Of a stretch of DNA of 64,000 nt, positions 40,033 through 49,640 are shown in pieces. Numbering within the stretch: position 1 is the stretch's first letter; each line of letters starts with the position of its first letter. Below the pieces are notes generated by a model. That model did no database searches, was not told the origin of the DNA, and worked only from the letters and a program-made list of their open reading frames with translations. Location of the stretch: contig JBFXEW010000017.1 of the NCBI GenBank assembly GCA_050179685.1, positions 1 through 64,000 on the forward strand, written 5' to 3'. A program made the position numbers and the translations under genes. The stretch is from Salinivirgaceae bacterium. GTDB taxonomy: Bacteria > Bacteroidota > Bacteroidia > Bacteroidales > SZUA-534.

Positions 40033-40103
40033 AAATTTGTACCGGTAAACCAACAGTCGGGCGTACCCTTTAAAAATAACACCTTACCCGGAAGCACCTT
40101 TAC

Positions 40104-40312
40104 AAAGTCCCGATCTTTTTAAAAATGATCGGGACTTTTTTAAAAAAGAACGGGTTTATTTTAAAAATGATCGTGACTTTTTTAAAAATGATCGGGTTCT
40201 TGTAAAATAAAGTCCCGACTTTTTTAAAAATAAACGAGACCTTTTTGCAAAAAGATCAGGACTTGTTTGCAAAAAGATCGGGATCTTTTCGGCAAAAGAT
40301 CGGGACTTTGTT
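40104..40312. repeat. tandem array of ~10 copies of a 21-22 bp unit AAAAA(T)GATCGGGAC(T)TTTTT with phased A/T tracts
   Basis: Copies begin at roughly 40104, 40121, 40143, 40164, 40185, 40206, 40227, 40247, 40269 and 40291. Two are in inverted orientation, forming a perfect palindrome AAAGTCCCGATCTTTTTAAAAATGATCGGGACTTT. Confidence 0.8.
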
Positions 40313-40584
40313 GGCCTAAGCACCAAGTTGCTGAAAAAACTGGTTTGGTAAGGCTATAAAATGGTAGGGTATCGACATAGAAAAATGCACGAAGCCATTC
40401 GGACCAGAAAATTATAAAAAACTAATTCGAAGGAAAAAGAGGTGTGGAAAGAATAAAAGTTCCGGCATCTAAAAAAGCGATCGGGGCCACCACTTTAGCC
40501 CCGATCTGTGTTTAACCTCTAAAATTATACAACCATGGAACACCAATCAAAATAATCGCGTCTTCAATTTTTCAACACATCGAC

Positions 40585-40974
40585 TTAGCTTTCCGTAATC
40601 TTAGTAAATTCGGCATCGTTAAGGCTCTGCATAAACAGTTTACCCGGACGAAATACCACTTTAAGTCCTTCGATTTTGCTGTGATGAAAATCTTCGGCCG
40701 CATCAACGGGAAGACTTTTAGCCAGCACCCCCATACTGCCAAAATCGCCTAAATCGACTGTATAGCCATCGGTAAGGGTTTCGGGAATAATCTGCAGAAA
40801 GCCCTCGAGGGTCGAAAGAATATCCATCTGATTTAACGAAGAGCGTTCGGCTATTTGTTTGGCCAGGTAACGAAGGGTACGCCGGCCTTTGCTGTTTAGC
40901 GAGGCATAATACTTGGGTTGTGCCTCGGGGTCACCCGGTTTTTTACGAGCAATCACTTTGTAGTTTATACTCAT
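40585..40974 (-). CDS. Bacteroidetes-type HU-family DNA-binding protein
   Basis: 129 aa; resembles the HU-like proteins often found near Bacteroidales accessory loci. Confidence 0.5.
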   Translation of the reverse strand: MSINYKVIARKKPGDPEAQPKYYASLNSKGRRTLRYLAKQIAERSSLNQMDILSTLEGFLQIIPETLTDGYTVDLGDFGSMGVLAKSLPVDAAEDFHHSKIEGLKVVFRPGKLFMQSLNDAEFTKITES

Positions 40975-41181
40975 AATACTTTAGTTTTAATAAAGTTGCA
41001 TGCTAAATTAAATCAATAATCCGGGATACGCAAATTTTTTTTTCACTTTTTTTAGGCTTGTCTTATTCAAGCCCCAATTCTACTGGTAACTACTAACTAT
41101 GAGCACAATAACTACTATGCCGGGAAGTTTTTCGGTAAAAGAAGAAAAAAAGCGGGTTAGCGGGCGCAGCTTTTTGTATTT

Positions 41182-42603
41182 TTGGGAACGTACCAAGCAA
41201 AACTGACTATGGAACTACTTAGTTTTTTACCGGCCCTGGTGGCTGTCATCCTCTTACTTTACCTGGTTTTTAATCAGCAAAAATCGAATCCGGCTAAGCT
41301 AACCGAAGGCATCAGTAAACTGATGCAAAACGAGTTCCGCGAGAACCGCAACGAGCTGCAAAGCGAACTGCGTGCCAACCGCGAGGAACTGAACAACAGC
41401 ATTGCCCGGTTTCAGCAGTCTTTTATGGAGGCCCTGCAGCAACTGTCGGTAAACCAAACCCGGGCCCTTGAAACACTAAGCGAGAAGATGGAACTCAGGC
41501 TCAGCCATATGGGTGAGATGCTGAACCAGCATTCCAAAACCAACCGCGAGGAGCTGACTCAAAACCTGAAAGCGTTTCAGGATTCGTTTACCCTTAACGT
41601 GAAAGAGTTTAACACGATGCAAAAACAGCAGTTCGAAGTCCTGGGCGTGAAACAGGACGAGCTGGTGAAAAGCACCGAACTAAAGCTCGAAAAGATGCGC
41701 GAGACCGTAGACGAAAAACTGCACAAAACCCTCGAAGAAAGGTTGGGGCAATCGTTCAAACTGGTTAGCGAACGACTCGAAGCCGTGCAGAAAGGTCTGG
41801 GCGAGATGCAGCACCTGGCTCACGGTGTAGGCGACCTGAAAAAGGTGCTCAGCAACGTGAAGACACGCGGTGTATTGGGCGAGATTCAACTGGGGAACAT
41901 ACTGGAACAGATTATGGCTCCCGAACAGTATCAGGCCAATGTTAAGACCAAAAAGGGTTCGAACGACCACGTAGAGTTTGCCATTAAGCTTCCCGGTAAG
42001 GATGACTCGGGAAAAGAAGTGTACCTGCCCATCGACGCCAAGTTTCCGCAGGAAGATTATGTACGCCTGCAAACCGCCTACGACCTGGGTGATGTGGCGG
42101 GAATTGATGCCGCCAATAAGGCTTTGGTACAAAGTGTAAAGAAATTTGCCCGCGACATTCGCGATAAGTACATCGATCCGCCTCACACCACCGATTTTGG
42201 TATTATGTTTCTTCCCATCGAAGGGCTCTTTGCCGAAGTGGTGCGTCAACCCGAGGTGGTAGCGCTGTTGCAGCGCGAATACAAGATAATTGTCACCGGC
42301 CCCACCACCCTGGCTGCCATGCTTAACAGCTTGCAGATGGGCTTTAAAACCCTGGCCATCCAGAAGCGCAGCAGCGAAGTATGGCGGATACTGGGCGCCG
42401 TAAAAAGTGAGTTTGGCAAATTTGGCGAGGTGCTCGAAAAAGCACAACGCAAACTTAACGAAGCCAACAAAGAGATTGATACCCTGGTGGGCACGCGCAC
42501 CAAAATGATGCTCTCGAAACTAAAAAAAGTAGAATCACTACCCGAAGCCGAATCTACCGAGCTGCCTGACGCACTAATTCCGGAGAATGGTGAGGAGGAA
42601 TAA
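41182..42603 (+). CDS. rmuC: DNA recombination protein RmuC
   Basis: 473 aa; an N-terminal TM helix, a long coiled coil and a C-terminal RmuC nuclease-like region. The probable start is the ATG at 41209 (MELLSF). Confidence 0.75.
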   Translation: MGTYQAKLTMELLSFLPALVAVILLLYLVFNQQKSNPAKLTEGISKLMQNEFRENRNELQSELRANREELNNSIARFQQSFMEALQQLSVNQTRALETLSEKMELRLSHMGEMLNQHSKTNREELTQNLKAFQDSFTLNVKEFNTMQKQQFEVLGVKQDELVKSTELKLEKMRETVDEKLHKTLEERLGQSFKLVSERLEAVQKGLGEMQHLAHGVGDLKKVLSNVKTRGVLGEIQLGNILEQIMAPEQYQANVKTKKGSNDHVEFAIKLPGKDDSGKEVYLPIDAKFPQEDYVRLQTAYDLGDVAGIDAANKALVQSVKKFARDIRDKYIDPPHTTDFGIMFLPIEGLFAEVVRQPEVVALLQREYKIIVTGPTTLAAMLNSLQMGFKTLAIQKRSSEVWRILGAVKSEFGKFGEVLEKAQRKLNEANKEIDTLVGTRTKMMLSKLKKVESLPEAESTELPDALIPENGEEE

Positions 42604-42760
42604 GCAAATCGATGAAGCTAAGCTTCTATGTTTTTTTTATTTCTCACACCCATAATCAAAAAGCATCACAGAAAAAAAACAGAAAAAAAATATTTTTTTT
42701 TGAAAATCGCTGGTAAATAAATAATAAACCTTAACTTGCGCCAAATTAATTATTACAATA

Positions 42761-42952
42761 ATGAATAAAGGAACAGTAAAATTTTTTAATGAAACAAAAG
42801 GCTTTGGTTTCATTAAAGACGAAAATTCGTCAAAAGAGTATTTTGTGCACTCAACCGGTTTAAAAGACCGAATCAGAGAAGATGATGAAGTAACTTTTGA
42901 CCTGGAAGAAGGTAGAAAAGGATTAAATGCAGTAAATGTTAAACTGGCATAG
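42761..42952 (+). CDS. cold-shock protein (CspA family)
   Basis: 63 aa; RNP1 (KGFGFI) and RNP2 (VHSTGL) motifs are present. Confidence 0.9.
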   Translation: MNKGTVKFFNETKGFGFIKDENSSKEYFVHSTGLKDRIREDDEVTFDLEEGRKGLNAVNVKLA

Positions 42953-42983
42953 TTTATAATACTAGAACATTTAAAGACTTGCG

Positions 42984-43008
42984 TCCCGGCTCTGCCGGGA
43001 TTTTTTTT
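42984..43008 (+). terminator. intrinsic terminator after csp
   Basis: A TCCCGGC-tctg-CCGGGA stem is followed by T8. Confidence 0.7.
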
Positions 43009-43259
43009 GCCCTTAACTTTCCTTTTCCTTCAAACCTTCCTCCCTTTTATAGTTTATTGTACGATTCTTCAAATCGCAGATAAGGATCTAAATTAATATA
43101 TCTAGATATAAACATATTTTAGTTTTAACTGTTCCTACCTCAGAGAATAAATAAACTGTTTCTGTTGATGACTTTCGCTGCGTGTCCGGATAATAAAATG
43201 GTAAACAACACCCAGTGAAATAACCACAGAATATGTAGAACCTTATTAAATAAACAATT

Positions 43260-43718
43260 ATGAAATTAAGATTATTTGCCTTATTGACTACAGTACTGGG
43301 AGTATTTACAGGAAATGCTCAGGAGAAAGAAGCCTTTTATTTTAGCAAGACGTTAACGCTTAACATGGAAGAAGCCTACCTTAAAGTGGTTGATGCTTTA
43401 AAAACAGAACAATTCGGAGTGGTTACCGATATTCCGATGGACGAAAAAATTAAAGACAAGTTGCCCGCTGCCGAACTCAAACCTTATCGGATTCTGGGTG
43501 TTTGCAATCCCAAATTTGCCTATGAAACCTTAAAAGTTGAAGAGAATATTGGGCTGTTTCTCCCTTGCAAACTGGTTCTGAAAAGCATTGATGCAAATAC
43601 CACCGAAGTGGTGATGATAAATCCCTCGGCTATGATGCAAATGCTGGGCAACGAGGCTTTAATGCCAATTGCCGATGAAGTTACCAAACGATTTAAACAA
43701 GCCATGGAAAAGCTTTAA
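43260..43718 (+). CDS. DUF302 domain protein (secreted)
   Basis: 152 aa; a signal peptide and DUF302-like motifs (ILGVCNP, LPCKLVL). Confidence 0.55.
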   Translation: MKLRLFALLTTVLGVFTGNAQEKEAFYFSKTLTLNMEEAYLKVVDALKTEQFGVVTDIPMDEKIKDKLPAAELKPYRILGVCNPKFAYETLKVEENIGLFLPCKLVLKSIDANTTEVVMINPSAMMQMLGNEALMPIADEVTKRFKQAMEKL

Positions 43719-44260
43719 CCCAACTTGGTACATATAATAAAGAGGCTGTCTAAAAAGCAAAAGATTTAAACCATCTTATTTAAAATTAAAGGGTTAGAAC
43801 GCTGATAACGCTGAAAAAACTGATTTACGCTGATTAGATCTGCCAAAATCATTCAAAATCCACGTCATCCCTGTCTGCCGGCCAGGCAGGAGCGTCCCTT
43901 TTTTGAAGATTACTTCCATTTTGAAAGTTTTTGGTAAATACACCTTACTTTTGGGACAACCTCTTTATTCCAACAAAAAGAGGTTGTCCGGTGCATGGCC
44001 GCGACAACCTCAATAACTTAAACCTGCTTATTAAATGAATGGTTTAATCCGCACTTTTAGTTAGAATTTATAACAAAAAGCTTTAATTAACCGATTAAAG
44101 ATAAGCAAACTTGCCTTGCCGGCAAAAACTTTATCAAACTATTTTAAACTTATTGAACGCAATAGCCATTAATAGCAGCTTTGCGCCGGAAAAAGTTTAA
44201 CAAATCAGAATCCGGAAGAATTTATCAAAGTTTGTTATTTTTGCGGTAAATAAATCGACC

Positions 44261-44761
44261 ATGGACACCACTGAGATTCTTATTAAAATCCGTAAAATAG
44301 TACGTTCCATTAATCTGGAATCGAAGAAAATTCAAAAGGAATACGGAGTAAGCATTCCTCAGGTTTTGTGTCTGAATTATTTGTATCGTTCAAACAATTA
44401 TCAATCGACTCAAGGAAAAATCCGTAGGTTTTTGAACCTGAATTCAAGCACCATAAGCGGTATTATTAATCGTCTGGAGAAAAAAGGTTTACTGGCCAAA
44501 CTTCCGAAACAGGGCGACAAACGCGTGGTAAACCTTGTGCTTACTTCGGCCGGAGCCAGCTTACTTCAAAAAATTCCGGAACTGCTGCATGAACAACTCT
44601 CGCAAAAGCTCGAAAAACTTTCGCAACCGCAATTCGACGAAATTGAACGCGGACTGGATGCCTTGGTAAACCTGCTCGATTTACAAGGTGTTGAAGCCTC
44701 TCCTCTGCTTACTATCGACGATACCATCGACGATTCGATGGATGAAAAAGATTCGGCATAG
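44261..44761 (+). CDS. MarR-family transcriptional regulator
   Basis: 166 aa; a winged-HTH region (QGKIRRFLNLNSSTISGIINRLEKKGLLAK...DKRVVNLVLT). Confidence 0.6.
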   Translation: MDTTEILIKIRKIVRSINLESKKIQKEYGVSIPQVLCLNYLYRSNNYQSTQGKIRRFLNLNSSTISGIINRLEKKGLLAKLPKQGDKRVVNLVLTSAGASLLQKIPELLHEQLSQKLEKLSQPQFDEIERGLDALVNLLDLQGVEASPLLTIDDTIDDSMDEKDSA

Positions 44762-44777
44762 TTTGTCCTTCTTTCTT

Positions 44778-46601
44778 TTACAACTCAGGCCGATGATGTT
44801 TTAAAGATTCCAAAATCCGTTCATCACTGCTAATTGTTCCCTTCGATAAATTCATGGCTGTTTCAATTAAAGCCAAATGGGAATAAGCTTGTGGAAAATT
44901 TCCCAACAAACGTTTGGTTTTAAAGTCGATATCTTCGCTAAACAAACCCACATGATTGCTATACGACAGCAAACGGTGGAACATATCGCGGGCTGGCTGA
45001 ACTTCGCCAATAGCATGTAAACTGTTAATCAGCCAAAAGTTGCAAATGGTAAACGAAGAACTCGGAAAACCAAAATCGTCCTTATTTTTGTAACGATACA
45101 TCAATCCCTCAGCACACAAATCGCGTTGGGTAGCTTTAACGGTTTGCACGTAGCGCGGATGCATGGCATCGATAAAACCATAAGGTTCCATAAGTAAAGT
45201 AGCCGCATCCAAATCGTCAGAACCATAACTTTGGGTAAATGCCTGCACTTTTTCGTTCCAGGCATGTTCAAAAATATCATCCTTTATGGTTTTGGCCAGA
45301 GGCTCCCACAAAGCAACATATTCTTCCATTCCAACAATGCGTGCAATTTTAATGGCCCGGTCGATGGCCACCCAACACAATACTTTTGAAAAAGTAAAAT
45401 GTCGTTCTTCGGTACGAATTTCCCAGATTCCCTTATCGGGTTTTTGCCAATTGGCTTCAACAATACGCACAATGCTTCGTGTAATGGTCCATAAGGCTTC
45501 GCTGTTTTCGAGCGAGGTATCGAATAAACTAAATTGCTGATAAATTACATCGACCAAAATGCCATAAATATCGTTTTGCTTTTGAATGTAAGCAGCGTTT
45601 CCAACCCGAACGGGCTTGGAATTTTCGTATCCGCTTAAATGATCGAGACTTTCCTCGGTAAGCGTTTTCTCTTTATTGATGCCGTACATTATCTGAATCT
45701 TCTCGCTTTTATCGGGAATAATATCGAGAATAAAATTCATAAAGCGGCGGGTCATGTTTTGATGTCCCAGTTCCGAGATAACTTTTATAACCATCGATGC
45801 ATCGCGAATCCAGCAAAAACGGTAATCCCAATTTCGTTCCTCACCAATGGTTTCAGGAACAGAAGTGGTAAGTGCCGCCAGAACAGCCCCGGTTTTATCG
45901 TAACTCAACATTTTTAACACCAAGGCACTTCTTACAATCTCGTCGCGATAAGTTGGATACGATTTTACCTGGTCCGACCAGTTTAACCAATACACTTTGG
46001 TGCGTTGCAGCTTTAAATATTGTCGTTGAGCAGTTTGCTTAAGTAATTTCTGGTTGTATGACATGTTTAAAAACGAATCGCCGGTTAAAGTCAGTGGCTT
46101 TCCATCGAGTAAATCTTCTTTATTCAAGTCTGTGTACAGGTACAATGAATCGTATTCGCCCTGGGTGGTATAGCTTTTAATAAATTTTGAATAAATTACT
46201 GTTTTGGTCGGGTAGCGTGCATAATCGAGCCGGGGATCGTACTTTATCCGAAAAACAGGTTTACCCGACAATAATTTAAAATAGCGGATAATGTCGGGCG
46301 GATTATAGTACGAACCATTTTCGGACTTATACCGGGGCATAAAGTCGAGCAGTTCAAAAGCATCGGTTCCATTGTTAAACTCGGTACGCAGTATGTTTGT
46401 ATTTTTAATGTAGCGTTGATTTATTTTATAAGTGTCGTCGACCAATATTTCAAACGACCCGCCAATGTTGGTATCCAGCAGTTTTGCAAAAAAGCTGGGC
46501 GAGTTAAAATCGGGTAGGCAACACCAATCGATGGAACCTGATTCTGAAATTAAAGCAGCGGTTTTACCGTTACCAATTACACCGTAATTCAAATTATTCA
46601 T
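44778..46601 (-). CDS. glycoside hydrolase family 15 protein (glucoamylase/trehalase-like)
   Basis: 607 aa; a GH15-like N-terminal beta-sandwich leads into an (alpha/alpha)6 catalytic region. It is adjacent to otsAB, suggesting a trehalase role. Confidence 0.7.
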   Translation of the reverse strand: MNNLNYGVIGNGKTAALISESGSIDWCCLPDFNSPSFFAKLLDTNIGGSFEILVDDTYKINQRYIKNTNILRTEFNNGTDAFELLDFMPRYKSENGSYYNPPDIIRYFKLLSGKPVFRIKYDPRLDYARYPTKTVIYSKFIKSYTTQGEYDSLYLYTDLNKEDLLDGKPLTLTGDSFLNMSYNQKLLKQTAQRQYLKLQRTKVYWLNWSDQVKSYPTYRDEIVRSALVLKMLSYDKTGAVLAALTTSVPETIGEERNWDYRFCWIRDASMVIKVISELGHQNMTRRFMNFILDIIPDKSEKIQIMYGINKEKTLTEESLDHLSGYENSKPVRVGNAAYIQKQNDIYGILVDVIYQQFSLFDTSLENSEALWTITRSIVRIVEANWQKPDKGIWEIRTEERHFTFSKVLCWVAIDRAIKIARIVGMEEYVALWEPLAKTIKDDIFEHAWNEKVQAFTQSYGSDDLDAATLLMEPYGFIDAMHPRYVQTVKATQRDLCAEGLMYRYKNKDDFGFPSSSFTICNFWLINSLHAIGEVQPARDMFHRLLSYSNHVGLFSEDIDFKTKRLLGNFPQAYSHLALIETAMNLSKGTISSDERILESLKHHRPEL

Positions 46602-46604
46602 GGA

Positions 46605-48863
46605 TTAATTAAAAGTTTTAAGTAGTTCGCGAACTTCCTGATAATCGCTCACATAGTATTTTGCTACCGATTTGTCGGTACCTACTTTTATGGTTATTGT
46701 TTCGTCGGGCAATTCTTTAAAAAGGAATTCATCGGTCCAGTCGTCGCCAATGGCCATTAAAAATTCGGGCTTTTTATCCTGAAGGTATTCCAAAGCAGCG
46801 TTGCCCTTATTTATACCGGCAACTTTCACTTCCAAAACTTTGCTGCCCTCCAATAATTCCAAATCCTGATTGCTAATCAGGTTGGTTACATCGTTCTTAA
46901 GTTCGAGAGCCCGCAAAGCTCCTAATTCAATATCTGCTTTTCGGTAATGCCAAACCAGCGAATTGGTTTTTTCCTCAATCAGACTTCCAGGAGTTCGGTC
47001 GACATACGATTCAAGTACCGGACGAATGTTTTCTTTCCATTTGCTATGACTGGTGTTTCGAGCCTTCCATCCGGTATTCCCCGATTTTATCCAGGCTCCG
47101 TGCTCAGCTATCAGCGTATAATCTTTTTTCCCAAACCATTCGTTCAGGGTGTCTTTATCGCGCCCGCTAATCAAAACCAATTCGGTATTTTTAATCAAAC
47201 TCAACTCATTGAGCAAGGAAACCAAATCCTTATCGGGAATAGCATCTTTCGGATTATTATAAAAGCGTTGTAAAGTTCCGTCGTAATCTAAAAACAGAAT
47301 TTTACTTTTTGCATCGGCAAAGAGATTTTTAAATTTATTTTTGTGTTTTTGTGAAACTTTACGCGCCTGATAAGCTGCCTGTCGGCTCTCGGTTTTCTCA
47401 AGCATCTCAATAAAATCAGCAGCCCATTTGTACACATTGTAACGGGTAATTCGCTCCTGCATGGTGGTTATGGCTTTCACCTGTTCCTGATACGACATGG
47501 TTAAGGCTTTGTAAATAGCATCAGAAACTTCGTCCACATTATTCGGATTCACTATTAGCGCTTCGCCTAACTCTTTGGCCGCACCGGCCATTTCGCTCAA
47601 TATTAATACTCCCCGGTGGTTTACTTTCGATGCAATATATTCTTTAGCTACCAGATTCATTCCGTCGCGCAAGGGAGTCAGCAAAGCAATATCGGCCGAG
47701 CTGTATAACTCAATCAGATTCACGAAAGGTAAAGAACGGTAAAAATAAATTACCGGATTCCAATTAATGGTTCCAAACTCGCCGTTGATACTTCCGACCA
47801 GTTTTTCTACTTCGCTGCGTAAATTTTGATACTGTTCCACATCGACACGCGAAGGAACAGTAAGCATTATAAGCGAAACCTGTTCTTTATATTCTGGATA
47901 TTTGTTCAGAAAATTTCGGAATGCATGCAAGCGTTCCGGAATCCCTTTGGTGTAATCCAGCCGATCGATAGAAAGAATTAGTTTACGATTGGGAGCACCG
48001 AGTAAAAAGCGATCGATATCCTGATGCTCTTTTGAACGCTCGTGCATGGGTTTGTTCTGTATTTCAACAGCACGCTGCTCAAATTTTTTATAATCGATAC
48101 CCATGGGGAAAACATCGATATACACATGGCGATTTCCCACACTAATTTTATTAAAATCGACTTCGTAACCCAACAAACGTTTTACTGAACTGATAAAATG
48201 TCGGGCGTAATCGAAGGTGTGAAAACCAATTAAATCGGCACCTAAAATGCCGTTTACAATTTCCAATCGCCAGGGCAGAATCCGAAATACTTCGAACGAA
48301 GGAAAGGGAATATGCAAGAAAAACCCGATGCGCAAATCGGGACGTTGTGCCTTAATCATCTGCGGAACCAACAAAAGTTGATAATCGTGCACCCAAATGG
48401 TGTCACCTTCCTGAGCATTTGCAATTATTGCATCGGCAAACAGTTGGTTTACTGTTTGGTAAGCGTCCCAATATACTCCTTTAAACTCAGTATATTCAGT
48501 AAAATAATGAAGCAAAGGCCAAAGTGTAGCGTTACTAAAACCATCGTAAAAGTTTTCGACCAAATCCTGACTTAAAAACACTGGCAAACAGGCTTCTTTT
48601 AACAGCAAATCGGTAATGGTCTTTTCCTCATCAGTATTGCCTGCATTTATGCCCGGCCAGCCAATCCATAAACTGTTGTTGTTTTTATGGTACGATTTAA
48701 GTCCCGTAGCCAGACCTCCGGCGCTGGGAAAAACCTGAAAATTATTCTCCTGCCACTGAATGCTGACCGGAAGACGGTTTGATGCTATTATTAATCGGTT
48801 CATTGTGCTGTTTTTTAATATTTTGTAGTTGGTTGTAGCTAATAAACATTTAGAAATGATCAA
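46605..48863 (-). CDS. otsAB: bifunctional trehalose-6-phosphate synthase (GT20) / trehalose-6-phosphate phosphatase (HAD)
   Basis: 752 aa; an N-terminal OtsA-like GT20 region is followed by a C-terminal HAD motif I (LFLDYDGTL) and a DD motif (GDDWTDE). Confidence 0.8.
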   Translation of the reverse strand: MIISKCLLATTNYKILKNSTMNRLIIASNRLPVSIQWQENNFQVFPSAGGLATGLKSYHKNNNSLWIGWPGINAGNTDEEKTITDLLLKEACLPVFLSQDLVENFYDGFSNATLWPLLHYFTEYTEFKGVYWDAYQTVNQLFADAIIANAQEGDTIWVHDYQLLLVPQMIKAQRPDLRIGFFLHIPFPSFEVFRILPWRLEIVNGILGADLIGFHTFDYARHFISSVKRLLGYEVDFNKISVGNRHVYIDVFPMGIDYKKFEQRAVEIQNKPMHERSKEHQDIDRFLLGAPNRKLILSIDRLDYTKGIPERLHAFRNFLNKYPEYKEQVSLIMLTVPSRVDVEQYQNLRSEVEKLVGSINGEFGTINWNPVIYFYRSLPFVNLIELYSSADIALLTPLRDGMNLVAKEYIASKVNHRGVLILSEMAGAAKELGEALIVNPNNVDEVSDAIYKALTMSYQEQVKAITTMQERITRYNVYKWAADFIEMLEKTESRQAAYQARKVSQKHKNKFKNLFADAKSKILFLDYDGTLQRFYNNPKDAIPDKDLVSLLNELSLIKNTELVLISGRDKDTLNEWFGKKDYTLIAEHGAWIKSGNTGWKARNTSHSKWKENIRPVLESYVDRTPGSLIEEKTNSLVWHYRKADIELGALRALELKNDVTNLISNQDLELLEGSKVLEVKVAGINKGNAALEYLQDKKPEFLMAIGDDWTDEFLFKELPDETITIKVGTDKSVAKYYVSDYQEVRELLKTFN

Positions 48864-49410
48864 TGTTCGAAAATAATGAAATCCAAAACTAAAATTCTTA
48901 TTCCTACAGAACCTATTTTTTTTAGTAGCTCTTAAACTACAATAAATTCTTGTTTGCAGTGCAAATATAACAAAGTCTTTAGGCTCTAAATAATTAAACC
49001 CGGGTTTTAATTTTCGTTTGTTTTTTGTATTTTTGTTCGCATAGAAACTATTTGATTCTTTTTAGCATTTCAAAAAAAGTTTCGCCCGGATGTGCCACAC
49101 ATAATATTTTTACCCTAAAAGGTACTTAATTTATTATTTTCCGGATTACCGGGCATCATGGCTGATAAGAATCAAAATAAAGCTTAATTAAAATGAATAA
49201 ACCCGGTCACATCTGCATATTTACCGATAAATGTCCTATTTATCAGGGTACTGAAAAAATGAGCGACTCGCCACTCTTTGTGATTAAAAATGTTTTTTGT
49301 CACAGGGGAAGTAAGGGCTGGAAAAACTGTGAGCGATATGCTGAATTTCAGGAAAAGCCCGAACAATAAATCGATGTACTGTGGAAATAATTTAGTAAAA
49401 ACCAAATAGT

Positions 49411-49638
49411 ATGCACGAACAAAAAAACATTGAATTAAAAAAGATTACAAACAAAACAGAACAACAAATTCTACATTTGTTAAACGAAAAAGAAAAATGC
49501 CATGTGGGCGAAATAGTTAAAGAACTGTCACTATCAGCCATTAAAGGCCAGCAGGTTATTGGTTCACTCCTCGAAAAAGGCCTCATAAAACATCCCGAAC
49601 AATCGCCACGTTTGCAATTAAACGTTAACCTTATTTAA
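49411..49638 (+). CDS. small putative winged-helix DNA-binding protein
   Basis: 75 aa; immediately upstream of the symporter. Confidence 0.3.
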   Translation: MHEQKNIELKKITNKTEQQILHLLNEKEKCHVGEIVKELSLSAIKGQQVIGSLLEKGLIKHPEQSPRLQLNVNLI

Positions 49639-49640
49639 AC

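Noticed and set aside
41680-42447. 255-aa ORF on minus strand
   Set aside because: It lies entirely antisense within rmuC, which has a recognisable RmuC architecture. This is a typical shadow ORF in a GC-richer gene.
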